Positions 12,537 through 30,569 of a DNA stretch of 64,000 nucleotides are shown here, piece after piece. The notes below the pieces were generated by a model. It searched no databases, had not been told where the DNA came from, and worked only from the letters and a program-made list of their open reading frames with translations. Position 1 is the stretch's first letter, and each line of letters opens with the position of its first letter. The stretch is from Thiohalorhabdus sp. (GTDB lineage: Bacteria > Pseudomonadota > Gammaproteobacteria > Thiohalorhabdales > Thiohalorhabdaceae). The translations under genes and the position numbers were made by a program. The stretch is taken from contig NZ_JBKGZG010000001.1 of NCBI RefSeq assembly GCF_046545655.1, forward strand, positions 25,705 through 89,704, given 5' to 3'.

Positions 12537-13122
12537 CTTCCTCGGCCTCCTGCCAATGGGTGCGCGGCACCAGGTTGCGCTCCTCGATGGTCACCGGCTG
12601 GTACACCACCCGCTGCCGATCGGGGTCGTAGCGCATCTCCACGTGGCCCTCCAGGGGGAAGTCCTTGCGGAAGGGATGGCCGGCGAAGCCGTAATCGGTG
12701 AGGATCCGCCGCAGGTCGGGGTGGCCCTCGAAGATGATCCCGTACATGTCGAAGGCCTCCCGCTCGAACCAATTGGCGCTGGCCCAGACATCCACCACCG
12801 AAGGCACCACGGGACGGTCCTCAGGGACCCGGGCCCGCAGGCGCAGCCGCTGGTTGTGGCTCAGGGACAGGAGGTGGTAGACCGCGGCGAAGCGGGGGGC
12901 GTCCTCGGGGTAGTCGTAGTATTCGAGGTAATCCACCCCGCAGACATCGACGAGCTGCTCGCAGGCGAAGGTCGCGTCATCGCGCAGGTGCTGGCACACC
13001 TCGCGGACGGATTGCGGAGCCACCTCCACCGTCCACTGTCCGAGGTACTCCTCGACGCCCAGGATGGCGTCGCCGAAGCGGGCGCGCAGGGGCTCCTCAA
13101 TGGTTTGCTGGGTAAGCGCCAT
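12529..13122 (-). CDS. nuoC: NADH-quinone oxidoreductase subunit C
   Basis: 197-aa 30-kDa-subunit-like protein. Its stop overlaps the nuoD start by 8 nt. Confidence 0.95.
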   Translation of the reverse strand: MALTQQTIEEPLRARFGDAILGVEEYLGQWTVEVAPQSVREVCQHLRDDATFACEQLVDVCGVDYLEYYDYPEDAPRFAAVYHLLSLSHNQRLRLRARVPEDRPVVPSVVDVWASANWFEREAFDMYGIIFEGHPDLRRILTDYGFAGHPFRKDFPLEGHVEMRYDPDRQRVVYQPVTIEERNLVPRTHWQEAEEDG

Positions 13123-13131
13123 GGCGAACCT

Positions 13132-13611
13132 CTACTGGCGGGCGATGGTGTTGGTCCGCTTGATCTTCTTCTGCAGCTGGATGATCCCGTACAGCAGGGA
13201 TTCCGCGGTGGGCGGGCAGCCCGCCACGTAGATATCCACGGGGACGATACGGTCGCTGCCGCGGACCACGGAGTAGCTGTAGTGGTAGTAGCCGCCGCCG
13301 TTGGAGCAACTGCCCATGGAGATCACCCAGCGCGGTTCGGTCATCTGGTCGTAGACCTTGCGCAGGGCCGGTGCCATCTTGTTGACCAAGGTGCCGGCGA
13401 TGATCATCACGTCGGACTGGCGCGGGCTCGGCCGGAAGATCACGCCCAAACGGTCCATGTCGTAGCGGGAGGCCCCGGTGTGCATCATCTCCACTGCACA
13501 ACAGGCTAGGCCGAAGGTCATGGGCCAGAGCGAGCCGGTGCGGGTCCAGTTCACGAGCTGGTCGGCCGTGGTGGTGACCACGCCCTTCTCAAGCGCCCCT
13601 TCTACTCCCAT
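13132..13611 (-). CDS. nuoB: NADH-quinone oxidoreductase subunit B
   Basis: Motifs [19 protein letters not shown] and [10 protein letters not shown]...AGCPP (N2 cluster). I set the start at [10 protein letters not shown] (ATG 13609-13611), overlapping the nuoA stop; the ORF-track start at 13632 is also possible. Confidence 0.94.
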   Translation of the reverse strand: MGVEGALEKGVVTTTADQLVNWTRTGSLWPMTFGLACCAVEMMHTGASRYDMDRLGVIFRPSPRQSDVMIIAGTLVNKMAPALRKVYDQMTEPRWVISMGSCSNGGGYYHYSYSVVRGSDRIVPVDIYVAGCPPTAESLLYGIIQLQKKIKRTNTIARQ

Positions 13612-13958
13612 TCCAAGGCTCCTTTTTTCCACTCGTACACGAAGCCGATCACCAGGATGCCCAGGAAGATCGCCATCGCGACGTAGCCGGTGGCGCCCAT
13701 CTCATCGAGGACCACGCTCCACGGGAAGAGGAAGGCGATCTCGAGGTCGAAGATGATGAACAGGATGGCCACCAGGTAATAGCGCACATCGAAGCGCATG
13801 CGCGCGTCCTCGAAGGCCTCGAAACCGCTCTCATAGGGGGACAGCTTTTCGGGGTCCGGGTTTCGCGGCGCCGCCAGGCGGTTGATGGCGAGCGCGACGA
13901 CCCCGATCAAGAGGGCGAGCACCAGAAAAACGAGGATGGGCAGATACTGTTCCAGCAT
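13602..13958 (-). CDS. nuoA: NADH-quinone oxidoreductase subunit A
   Basis: 118-aa, 3-TM ND3/NuoA-like protein ([22 protein letters not shown]). It is the first gene of the operon. Confidence 0.95.
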   Translation of the reverse strand: MLEQYLPILVFLVLALLIGVVALAINRLAAPRNPDPEKLSPYESGFEAFEDARMRFDVRYYLVAILFIIFDLEIAFLFPWSVVLDEMGATGYVAMAIFLGILVIGFVYEWKKGALEWE

Positions 13959-14063
13959 CAGCGTTCCTTACCCGGCTCAGGTGGAGGGATCGGAAGCCCC
14001 GCCCCTCCCTCACGAGGGTCGGCGCGGGCCCGCGGCCAGTCCGTCGGCTGGTAAGCCAAGCGG

Positions 14064-14092
14064 AGTCTATGGGGTGCCCCTCCCCCTGTCAA
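14064..14092 (-). promoter_or_regulatory. Putative sigma70 promoter of the nuo operon
   Basis: On the minus strand: TTGACA (14092-14087), a 17-nt spacer, then TAGACT (14069-14064), about 105 nt upstream of the nuoA ATG and just downstream of the secG terminator. Confidence 0.5.
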
Positions 14093-14153
14093 GAAATGGC
14101 GACACCCGCGTTTCCCGCCGCAAAATCCCGGCCACATCCGGTTCCAATTGCCC

Positions 14154-14190
14154 AAAAAAAGACCGCCCATTCCCTGCGGAAAGGACGGTC
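14154..14190 (-). terminator. Rho-independent terminator after secG
   Basis: On the minus strand: GACCGTCC-tttccgcagggaat-GGGCGGTC hairpin (14161-14190) followed by TTTTTTT (14154-14160). Confidence 0.7.
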
Positions 14191-14260
14191 GCCACGGGTC
14201 GGCGCTGTACGTTCCGGGGGTGCCCCGACTGACCCTCCGGAAGACGGCTCCCCGCCGTCG

Positions 14261-14635
14261 CTAGTCGCCGCCTCCCTGCCCCGGCGTGGTCCCGGGGACA
14301 GGCGGGGCCTCGGGCTCGTCGGGCGGTGCGGAATCCGTCGGTGGCGCGGGTTCGGACTCCTTCTGCTCGGGCTCCCCTTCCGGCTGCTCCAGGAGGCTCT
14401 CGTCCCCGCCCGTGGAGACGATTGCCAGGGTGAGCGACAAGAGGAAAAAGGCGGTGCCGAGAACCGCCGTCAGGCGCCCCAGGAAGCCGGTGGACCCCTG
14501 GCTTCCGAACAAGGACTGGGAGCCTCCGCCCCCGAAGGCCGTCCCCATTCCGCCGGCCTGACCGGGCTGCATCAAGACCACCACGATCAACGCGATGGCG
14601 ACGAGGATGTGTAGGATCCACAGAAACGTGACCAT
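14261..14635 (-). CDS. secG: Preprotein translocase subunit SecG
   Basis: 124 aa starting MVTFLWILHILVAIALIVVVLMQPGQAGGMGTAFGGGGSQSLFG, the typical SecG pattern, plus a Pro/Glu-rich tail. Confidence 0.9.
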   Translation of the reverse strand: MVTFLWILHILVAIALIVVVLMQPGQAGGMGTAFGGGGSQSLFGSQGSTGFLGRLTAVLGTAFFLLSLTLAIVSTGGDESLLEQPEGEPEQKESEPAPPTDSAPPDEPEAPPVPGTTPGQGGGD

Positions 14636-14677
14636 GCGGGCTCCCGCTTGGTTGTGAGAAGGCGAGACCGGGGTGGC

Positions 14678-15442
<765 letters not shown>

Positions 15443-15523
15443 GCCTCCCTCCTTAGGTGGATCCAGCGGAAAACCGGGCATCTTATCCGCGCGGGGGGAG
15501 ACGGTCAACGCGGTGGCGGGACC

Positions 15524-16885
15524 TCAGGAGCCGCCCGCACCCACCTCGGAGCGCACCACCTCGGCGATGCGCTCCGCCAGGGCCCGGGTTCCGGCCTCCT
15601 CGCGGCCTTCCACCATTACCCGGACCTTGGGCTCCGTACCCGAGTTCCGCACCACCACACGGCCCTCGTCACCGAGCTCCGCCTCCACCTCGCGGATGAC
15701 CTCGGCCACCGCGGGGAGGTCATCCACCTCGCGCTGCTCGTTCAGACGGACGCTTACCTGGGCCTGGGGGCAATAGGACAGATCCCCCACCGCCGCCTCC
15801 AGGGACTTCCCGGAATGCACCAGTTCGGCGAGCACCATCAGGGCGGTGACGATGCCGTCCCCGGTGGTGTTGCGGGTGAGGCACATGACGTGCCCCGAAG
15901 GCTCGCCGCCCAGGATCCATCCCCGATCCTGCAGCAGCTGGAACACATGGCGGTCGCCCACCGCCGCGCGCTCGAATGGGATCCCGGCCGCGGCCAGGGC
16001 CTGCTCGAGCCCCAGGTTGGACATGATGGTGCCCACCACCCCGCCGTTGAGCTCGCCGCGCTTCTGCATCTCCAGGGCGGCCAGGTAGAGGACCCCGTCG
16101 CCGTCCACGATGCGGCCGCGGGAGTCGGCGAACACCACCCGGTCGCCGTCGCCGTCGAAGGCCATCCCCGCGTCCGCGCCGTGGGCGACCACCTGCTCGG
16201 CCATGGCCTCCGGCCGGGTGGAGCCCACCCCATCGTTGATGTTGAACCCGTCGGGACGGGTGCCCACTTCGATCACCTCGGCCCCGAGCTCGCGGAAGAC
16301 CTGGGGCGCCACGCGGTAGGTGGCGCCGTGGGCGCAGTCCACCACCAACCGCATGCCCTCCAGGGTCAGCTCCTTGGGGAAGGTGTGCTTGCAGAACTCG
16401 ATGTAGCGACCCGCGGCGTCGTCCACGCGGGTGGCCTTGCCCAGCCGCGCCGGCTCCGCCGTGAGCAGGGGGTCCGCCATCCGGGCCTCGATGGCCGCTT
16501 CCACCCCGTCGGCGAGCTTGCACCCCTCGGGGCCGAACAGCTTGATGCCGTTGTCGGCGAAGGGGTTGTGGGAGGCGGAGATCACCACCCCGGCGTCGGC
16601 CCGCAGGGCGCGGGTCAGATAGGCGATGCCGGGAGTGGGCATGGGGCCGATGAGGAGGACGTCCACGCCCGCCGCGGAGAGGCCGGCCTCCAGGGCCGAC
16701 TCCAGGAGATACCCCGACACCCGGGTGTCCTTGCCGATCACCACCCGCGGGTGGTCGCCGTTGTCCCCGGCCAGGACGCGCCCCGCCGCCCAGCCGAGCT
16801 TCAGGACCTGGTCCGGGGTGACGGGCCATTCGCCCACCCGGCCCCGTACGCCGTCGGTTCCGAACAAGGTGCGTTTTCCGCTCAA
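15524..16885 (-). CDS. glmM: Phosphoglucosamine mutase
   Basis: 453 aa, LFGTDGVRGRVGEWPVTP, with the active-site loop SASHNPFADNGIK. Confidence 0.97.
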   Translation of the reverse strand: MSGKRTLFGTDGVRGRVGEWPVTPDQVLKLGWAAGRVLAGDNGDHPRVVIGKDTRVSGYLLESALEAGLSAAGVDVLLIGPMPTPGIAYLTRALRADAGVVISASHNPFADNGIKLFGPEGCKLADGVEAAIEARMADPLLTAEPARLGKATRVDDAAGRYIEFCKHTFPKELTLEGMRLVVDCAHGATYRVAPQVFRELGAEVIEVGTRPDGFNINDGVGSTRPEAMAEQVVAHGADAGMAFDGDGDRVVFADSRGRIVDGDGVLYLAALEMQKRGELNGGVVGTIMSNLGLEQALAAAGIPFERAAVGDRHVFQLLQDRGWILGGEPSGHVMCLTRNTTGDGIVTALMVLAELVHSGKSLEAAVGDLSYCPQAQVSVRLNEQREVDDLPAVAEVIREVEAELGDEGRVVVRNSGTEPKVRVMVEGREEAGTRALAERIAEVVRSEVGAGGS

Positions 16886-16971
16886 GCCTGCCTCCTGCCG
16901 TTGCGCCGCCGCCCATGCGGCGTTCTGCGGGGCGCGGCCGCCCCCTTTTGGTCTGCCACCGGCCCGCCCGT

Positions 16972-17811
16972 TCAGGACCGGCCCTGCATGAGGACCTCCG
17001 TCATGCGAACCACATCATACATGGCCCCCACCTCGTGCACCCGGACGATGTCTGCCCCGTGGCTGACGGACCAGGCCACCAGGGCCGCGTCGAAATACTG
17101 CCGCTGGTGGACCGCCCGGTTGAACAGCTTGCCGGCGAGGGACTTGCGGCTGGTCCCCACCAGCAGGGGATGGCCCAGCTCGGCGAACATGGACAGGGAA
17201 TGCATGAGGGCGAGGTTATGGTCCACCGTCTTGCCGAAGCCGATGCCGGGGTCCACAAGGATATTATCCGGATGCACCCCGGCCCGCCTGCAATCCTCCG
17301 CCCGCCTAGCCAGATACGCCCGGACCTCCCCCACCACGTCGTCGTAGCGGGGATCGTCCTGCATGCTCTCGGGGGTGCCCTGCATGTGCATGAGGCAGAC
17401 CGGCACCCCCAGCTCGGCCACGGTCGGCAGGGCGTCGGGGTCGTGCTCCAGGGCGGAGACGTCGTTGATCAGGTGCGCCCCCGCGGCCACGGCCTCGCGC
17501 ATCACGGGCGCCTTCCGGGTGTCCACCGAGACCGGCACCCCGAGCTTGGCCACCTCTTCCACCACGGGAATCACCCGGCCCAGCTCCTCCGCCACGGGCA
17601 CCTCCTGCGCCCCGGGGCGCGTGGATTCACCGCCCACATCGAGGATGTCCGCCCCCGCCTCCACAAGGGCCCGGGCGTGGTCCGCGGCGCTCTCCCGGTC
17701 GGCGTAGCGGCCACCGTCGCTGAAGGAGTCGGGGGTGACGTTAACAATCCCCATGATGCGGGGCCGGCCCAGATCCAGCCTGGCGCCTCCAAGGTTCAGC
17801 TCCCTGGCCAT
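16972..17811 (-). CDS. folP: Dihydropteroate synthase
   Basis: Pterin-binding domain motifs IMGIVNVTPDSFSDGG and DVGGESTRPG. I set the start at MARELNLGG (ATG 17809-17811), which follows AGGAGGTGGAG. The ORF-track start at 17859 abuts the ftsH terminator. Confidence 0.92.
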   Translation of the reverse strand: MARELNLGGARLDLGRPRIMGIVNVTPDSFSDGGRYADRESAADHARALVEAGADILDVGGESTRPGAQEVPVAEELGRVIPVVEEVAKLGVPVSVDTRKAPVMREAVAAGAHLINDVSALEHDPDALPTVAELGVPVCLMHMQGTPESMQDDPRYDDVVGEVRAYLARRAEDCRRAGVHPDNILVDPGIGFGKTVDHNLALMHSLSMFAELGHPLLVGTSRKSLAGKLFNRAVHQRQYFDAALVAWSVSHGADIVRVHEVGAMYDVVRMTEVLMQGRS

Positions 17812-17859
17812 CTCCACCTCCTGGCTGGTCTCCCCGAGAGGAGAAACATGGTACGGCAC

Positions 17860-17892
17860 AAAAAAGCGCGAACCGAGCGCTTCGGTTCGCGC
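17860..17892 (-). terminator. Rho-independent terminator/attenuator between ftsH and folP
   Basis: On the minus strand: an 11-bp stem GCGCGAACCGA/TCGGTTCGCGC (17866-17892) followed by TTTTTT (17860-17865). Confidence 0.7.
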
Positions 17893-17914
17893 TAAAGGGG
17901 CTGGCTACTCCCGA

Positions 17915-19831
<1,917 letters not shown>

Positions 19832-19997
19832 AATCGCTCCTCGTCCGATCGCCGGCGGGGAGTCTCCCCCATTGGTCAATCAGCCGCACGTTCACTCTAT
19901 GTTCAGGCGCCTTCCGGATGCAACGCCTGCGCTGCAGCAACGCCCCGGGGCTTCGCCACCCGAGGCCATTCCTTGTCTCTGACCGCTACCCATCGGC

Positions 19998-20612
19998 TCA
20001 GTTTCCATGAAAGCCACGAGCGACCAGATATTGCTCCGAACTTTCGCCCCGCGAGGCGTCCGGCTTGCGCGCCGCCACGGAGCGGAACTCGACGCGCAGG
20101 GCGCGCATTAGCTCCTCGAAGCCCTCCCCCTGGAAGGCCTTCATGACCAGGGTACCCCCGGGCCGCAGGGTCTCGCGAGCCAGCTCCAGGGCCAGCTCAC
20201 AAAGCTCCATGGCCCGGGCCTGGTCGGCCACCTTGATGCCCGAGAGCTCCGGGGCCATGTCCGATAGGACCGCGTCCACCTCCGCCCCGGCGATTTCCCG
20301 GCGCAAGGCCTCCAGCCCCTGGTCGGCGGCAAAGTCCGCTTCCAGCAGCGCAGCCCCGGGCACCGGATCCATGGGCAGCAGGTCGATGCCGACCACCCGC
20401 CCGGAAGCCCCTACCCGCTCCACGGCCACCTGGGTCCAGCCGCCCGGGGCGGCCCCCAGGTCCACCACGACGGCCCCCGGCGCCAGAAACCGGTCGCGGT
20501 CATCGAGCTGGATCAGCTTGAAGGCGGCCCGACTCCGGTAGCCGGCCCGGCGGGCCTCCGCCACGTAGGGGTCGGCCGCCTGCCGGCGCTGCCAACGATT
20601 GCCTTTTCCCAC
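19998..20612 (-). CDS. rlmE: 23S rRNA (uridine2552-2'-O)-methyltransferase RlmE/FtsJ
   Basis: 204 aa, YRSRAAFKLIQLD, with the SAM motif VVDLGAAPGGW. It is located upstream of ftsH, as in E. coli. Confidence 0.95.
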   Translation of the reverse strand: MGKGNRWQRRQAADPYVAEARRAGYRSRAAFKLIQLDDRDRFLAPGAVVVDLGAAPGGWTQVAVERVGASGRVVGIDLLPMDPVPGAALLEADFAADQGLEALRREIAGAEVDAVLSDMAPELSGIKVADQARAMELCELALELARETLRPGGTLVMKAFQGEGFEELMRALRVEFRSVAARKPDASRGESSEQYLVARGFHGN

Positions 20613-20657
20613 CAGGAAAGCCTCAATGGGTTGGGGAGTCCAGGGGCAATTGCTACC

Positions 20658-20882
20658 CTAACCGCCTTCAGAAAGCCCCCGCACGGCGCGCCGGGTCTGC
20701 CAGACGATCCAGCTCGCCGCGCCCAAGCCGTACAGACCGAGGGCGGCGGCCCGACCGGGCCCAGTCAGGAGCACTACCACCACCAGCCAATAGAATGGCA
20801 TCCCCACCAGCAGGGCGGCCACCTGGATCTTCACCCGCGCGAAGGCGCGCTCGACATGGGAGTCAGGTGCGGAAGCCGGCAT
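20658..20882 (-). CDS. Hypothetical small membrane protein (74 aa, 2 predicted TM)
   Basis: This ORF fills the rlmE/yhbY divergent spacer. It has GC-rich third positions and two hydrophobic stretches, but no Shine-Dalgarno, and its ATG lies 12 nt from the divergent yhbY ATG. Confidence 0.3.
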   Translation of the reverse strand: MPASAPDSHVERAFARVKIQVAALLVGMPFYWLVVVVLLTGPGRAAALGLYGLGAASWIVWQTRRAVRGLSEGG

Positions 20883-20893
20883 ACGAGGTATCC

Positions 20894-21190
20894 ATGGCGT
20901 TAACGAACAAGCAGCGCAGCTTTCTCAAGCAAAGGGCCCATTCCCTGCACCCGGTGATCCAGCTCGGCGAGGCCGGGCTGACGGAGGCCGTGGAGGCCGC
21001 CACCGAGGATGCCCTGGCCCACCACGAGCTGATCAAGGTGCGGTTCCAGCAGGGCGACCGGGTAGAGCGGCGGGAGCTGGCCCGGAGCCTCTGTGACCGG
21101 ACCGGGGCCCAGCTGGTCCAGGAGATCGGCCGCATCGCCGTCCTCTACCGCCCCGCCGAAGACCCCGGCATCCAGCTGCCCCCCTCCTGA
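20894..21190 (+). CDS. yhbY: RNA-binding CRM-domain protein YhbY
   Basis: Starts MALTNKQRSFLKQRAHSLHPVIQLGEAGLT, typical of YhbY. It is divergent from rlmE, as in E. coli. Start ATG 20894, preceded by GAGG. Confidence 0.9.
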   Translation: MALTNKQRSFLKQRAHSLHPVIQLGEAGLTEAVEAATEDALAHHELIKVRFQQGDRVERRELARSLCDRTGAQLVQEIGRIAVLYRPAEDPGIQLPPS

Positions 21191-21205
21191 CCCGGCGGCC
21201 CGGGC

Positions 21206-21678
21206 CTACTTGTACTCGATCTCCACGATCTCGTAGGACCGGGTCCCGCCCGGGGCCTGCACGTCCACCACCTCGCCCTCCCCCCGGCCGATCAGGGCCC
21301 GGGCGATGGGGGCGTTGATGCTGATCTTGTTCTGCTTGATGTCGGCCTCGTCGTCGCCGACGATCTGGTACTGCACCTCCTTGCCGGACTCTTCGTCCAC
21401 CAAGGTCACCGTCGCCCCGAAGGCCACCGTCTCCATGTCGATCTCGGCGGGATCGATCACCTGGGCGCGGGCGATCTTGTCCTCGAGCTCCCGGATCCGG
21501 GCCTCGACGAAGGCCTGCTGCTCCTTGGCGGCGTCGTACTCGGCATTCTCGGAGAGATCGCCGTGCTCCCGGGCGGTGGCGATGGCCTCGACCACGCGGG
21601 GGCGCTCCTCGTGCTTGAGCCGGTGCAGCTCGTCCTTGAGCTGCTGCGCCCCTTGCTTGGTCATGGGAACTTGTTCGC

Positions 21679-21682
<4 letters not shown>
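21206..21682 (-). CDS. greA: Transcription elongation factor GreA
   Basis: 158 aa, with a coiled-coil N-terminus and a GreA C-terminal domain ([14 protein letters not shown]). Confidence 0.97.
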
Positions 21683-24921
<3,239 letters not shown>

Positions 24922-24972
24922 TCGGGCGCAACTCGGCGTCAAGGGGGTAAAAGGGGCGCATGGACGGGCCGC

Positions 24973-26148
24973 TCAGGCCTCGCGACGGGCGGCGGCCCCT
25001 TCTTCGCCGCGTCTCTCGCGGATGCGGGCGAGAAACTCGTCGAACAGGTACTGGGAGTCGTGGGGGCCCGGGCTGGCCTCGGGGTGGTACTGCACCGAGA
25101 AGGCCGGCCGGCTGCGGTGGCGCACGCCCTCCAGGGTCCCATCGAACAGGGAGGTGTGGGTCACCTCCAGGCTATCCGGGAGCGTGTCGGCGTCCACCGC
25201 GAAACCGTGGTTCTGCGCGGTGATCTCCACCCGCCCGGAGGCGTGGTGCTTCACCGGGTGGTTGCCGCCACGATGGCCGAACTTGAGCTTCCGCGAGCGG
25301 GCGCCCTCCGCCAGACACAGCAGCTGGTGCCCCAGGCAGATGCCGAAGATGGGCAGGCCCGAGTCCAGCAGACCGCGCAGGGTCTCCACGGCGTAGGTCA
25401 CCGGCTCGGGGTCCCCCGGACCGTTGGACAGGAAGACGCCGTCGGGCTCCGCGGCCAGCACCTCCGCGGCGGTGGCGGTGCCCGGCATGACCGTCACGCG
25501 GCACCCCCGTTCCACCAGAAGGCGCAGGATATTGCGCTTGCAGCCGTAGTCCAGGGCCACCACGTGGTAGGGCAGGTCCTGGGGCTGCCGGGGCGCCGGC
25601 ATCCCGCCGTTGTCCAGCTCCCAGGTGCCCTGGGTGTAGGTGTAGCTGTGCGGAGTGGTCACCTCCTCCACCAGGTCCAGGCCGGTGAGGCCCTGGAACT
25701 CCCGGGCCTCCGCCGCCAGCGCCTCGGGGTCCAGCTCCTCGCCGGCGGCGATCACCCCGCGCATGGCGCCGCGATCCCGCAGATGGGTGACCAGCTTGCG
25801 GGTGTCGAGGCCGGCGATGGCCACCACGCCGTTGCGCCGCAGGTACTCGGAAAGCCCTTCCGCGGCCCGCCAGCTGCTGGTCTGCACCGGCAGATCCCGG
25901 ATCACCAAGCCGCTGGCGAATACCTCCCGGCTCTCGTCGTCCTCCGGATTGGCGCCCACGTTGCCGATGTGGGTGTAGGTCAGGGTGACGATCTGGCGGG
26001 CGTAGGAGGGATCCGTAAGGATCTCCTGATAACCGGTCATGGAGGTGTTGAAGCACACCTCCCCTACCTGCTTGCCGGGCACTCCGATGGAGCGCCCCTC
26101 GAAGATGGTCCCGTCTTCCAGGGCCAGGACGGCTGGTCCGCTCACCAC
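24973..26148 (-). CDS. carA: Carbamoyl-phosphate synthase small (glutaminase) subunit
   Basis: [17 protein letters not shown], with catalytic [12 protein letters not shown]. The start is uncertain: GTG 26148, GTG 26145 or TTG 26157, none with a clear SD. The ORF-track ATG at 26241 lies inside the upstream terminator hairpin and is unlikely. Confidence 0.88.
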   Translation of the reverse strand: MVSGPAVLALEDGTIFEGRSIGVPGKQVGEVCFNTSMTGYQEILTDPSYARQIVTLTYTHIGNVGANPEDDESREVFASGLVIRDLPVQTSSWRAAEGLSEYLRRNGVVAIAGLDTRKLVTHLRDRGAMRGVIAAGEELDPEALAAEAREFQGLTGLDLVEEVTTPHSYTYTQGTWELDNGGMPAPRQPQDLPYHVVALDYGCKRNILRLLVERGCRVTVMPGTATAAEVLAAEPDGVFLSNGPGDPEPVTYAVETLRGLLDSGLPIFGICLGHQLLCLAEGARSRKLKFGHRGGNHPVKHHASGRVEITAQNHGFAVDADTLPDSLEVTHTSLFDGTLEGVRHRSRPAFSVQYHPEASPGPHDSQYLFDEFLARIRERRGEEGAAARREA

Positions 26149-26210
26149 ATCCCCCAAGGAGGTCACGATCGGGAAAACTGGAGTACGGGGGCAGGCCCCA
26201 CGTCGTCCGG

Positions 26211-26239
26211 ACACACAAAAGCGGGAGCGAGGCTCCCGC
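26211..26239 (-). terminator. Rho-independent terminator downstream of dapB / upstream of carA
   Basis: On the minus strand: GCGGGAGC-ctc-GCTCCCGC (26221-26239) followed by TTTTGTGTGT. Confidence 0.6.
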
Positions 26240-26340
26240 ATTCGCCCCGCCCCCTGCCGGGCCGGGAAGGCCCGCGTGAGGCGGGCCGGGTATGCGCGCT
26301 TGTGCTTGGCCGCACAGGCTAATCGGCCGCGGAACGCCTG

Positions 26341-27147
<807 letters not shown>

Positions 27148-27216
27148 CTACCTTTCCTTGTTCCGTCCAGACACGGTTCCGCCTACACGACCGTCCCGGT
27201 GGCTCCGACCGGAGCT

Positions 27217-27298
27217 GTAGGAGCCCGCTTCAGCGGGCGATTCCAGGGAGAGCACACCGCCACGCTCGGCAAACCGCCCACTGTAAGGGGGCTCCTAC
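27217..27298. repeat. REP-like palindromic intergenic element
   Basis: Terminal inverted repeat GTAGGAGCCC (27217-27226) / GGGCTCCTAC (27289-27298), with an internal hairpin GCCCGC-ttca-GCGGGC. It has the same architecture as the element at 46387-46453. Confidence 0.55.
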
Positions 27299-27325
27299 GG
27301 GACGCCTCTTCCGGGCGGCCGGCCC

Positions 27326-28462
27326 TTACGAGGCCAAGCGGTCGAGGAAGTCCCGCACCTTGTCCCACCAGGACTTGCTGTGCGGGTGGGAGCCGTTCTG
27401 CTTGCCGGCCTCCTCCTCCAGCTCCCGCAGCAGCTCCTTCTGCCGGTCGTTGAGGTTAACGGGCGTCTCCACCCGCACGGTGCAGAGCAGATCCCCGGGC
27501 CGGTTGGAGCGTACCCCCTGGATGCCCTTGCCGCGCAGGCGGAAGGTCTTGCCCGACTGGGTGCCGGCGGGGACCTTCATCTTGGCCTCCCCTTCCAGGG
27601 TGGGCACGGTCACCTGGTCGCCGAGGGCGGCCTGGGTGATGCTGATGGGCACCTCGCAGCGCAGGTCGTCGCCGTCGCGCTCGAAGATGGGGTGCGGCTG
27701 GATGCGCACCTCCACGAACAGGTCGCCGCGCGGCCCGCCCTGCTCCCCGGGCTCGCCCTCGCCGGAAAGGCGGATGCGGTCGCCCGTGTCCACCCCCGCG
27801 GGGATGTTCACCTCGAGGCTCTTCTCCCGGCGCTGGTAGCCGGTGCCGCGGCAGTCGGTGCAGGGCTGGTCGATCTTCACCCCCTCGCCACCGCAGTCGG
27901 GGCACGGCTGGGTCACGGAGAAGAAGCCCTGCTGCATGCGCACCTGGCCCATGCCGCCGCAGGTGGTGCAGGTGCTCTTGGAGGTCCCGGGCTTGGCCCC
28001 GGAGCCCTCGCAGGTGTCGCACTTGACCTTGCTCGGCACCTTGATGGTGACGGTGGTGCCCCGGGCGGCCTCCTCCAGGGAGAGGTCCAGGGAGTAGCGC
28101 AGGTCGGCGCCGCGGTAGGCCCGCTGACGCCCCCGGCCGCCCCCGCCGCCGAAGATGTCCCCGAAGATGTCGCCGAAGATGTCGCCGAAGCCGCCGAACC
28201 CTTCGGCGCCGCCCCCGGAACCGCCCGCCGCGGCGCCTTCCACGCCGGCGTGGCCGAAGCGGTCGTAGGCGGCCCGCTTCTGCGGGTCCGACAGGACCTC
28301 GTAGGCCTCCTTGGCCTCCTTGAATTTCTCCTCGGCGTCCTCGTCATCCGGATTGCGGTCCGGATGGTATTTCATGGCCAGGCGCCGATAGGCCTTCTTG
28401 AGCTCTTCATCGGAGGCGTCCTGGCTGACTCCGAGGATCTCGTAGTAATCCCGCTGAGCCAT
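27326..28462 (-). CDS. dnaJ: Molecular chaperone DnaJ
   Basis: Starts [12 protein letters not shown], with HPDRNP, a G/F region and four CxxCxGxG zinc motifs. Start at ATG 28460-28462. Confidence 0.97.
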   Translation of the reverse strand: MAQRDYYEILGVSQDASDEELKKAYRRLAMKYHPDRNPDDEDAEEKFKEAKEAYEVLSDPQKRAAYDRFGHAGVEGAAAGGSGGGAEGFGGFGDIFGDIFGDIFGGGGGRGRQRAYRGADLRYSLDLSLEEAARGTTVTIKVPSKVKCDTCEGSGAKPGTSKSTCTTCGGMGQVRMQQGFFSVTQPCPDCGGEGVKIDQPCTDCRGTGYQRREKSLEVNIPAGVDTGDRIRLSGEGEPGEQGGPRGDLFVEVRIQPHPIFERDGDDLRCEVPISITQAALGDQVTVPTLEGEAKMKVPAGTQSGKTFRLRGKGIQGVRSNRPGDLLCTVRVETPVNLNDRQKELLRELEEEAGKQNGSHPHSKSWWDKVRDFLDRLAS

Positions 28463-28554
28463 GAAAGCCCTTTCCCGTGTATTTGGCTTCTCAAACGGCA
28501 ATCAGGCGCGGGAGGGCCCCACGCCTGATCGCGGCCGGTTACGGCGACGTTACC

Positions 28555-30498
<1,944 letters not shown>

Positions 30499-30569
30499 GG
30501 CCTAATCCCCTTGGCTTGAATTCGGAAATGCAGATTCGGTTTCTGGATGGCGTCCCGCCGAGGGCGCGC

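Noticed and set aside
13959-14260. Expected a tRNA-Leu gene after secG (E. coli has secG-leuU) in the 300-bp secG-nuoA spacer
   Set aside because: No cloverleaf-compatible sequence and no GTTCGAATC/GGTTCGA T-arm was seen on either strand. The spacer is explained by a terminator plus a sigma70-like promoter. No tRNA was seen anywhere in the window by eye; a tRNAscan run would confirm this.
28151-28190. Three tandem 12-bp repeats (GAAGATGTCSCC) that might look like a mini-array
   Set aside because: They lie inside dnaJ and encode [14 protein letters not shown] of the Gly/Phe-rich linker. This is a coding low-complexity repeat, not a CRISPR or regulatory array. No CRISPR-like repeat-spacer structure was found in the window.
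30499-30569. Possible sigma32 promoter in front of dnaK (CCAGAAA-N14-CCGAATTC on the minus strand)
   Set aside because: It matches only about 5/7 and 5/8 positions. dnaK is more simply explained as co-transcribed with grpE from the better promoter at 31277-31305.
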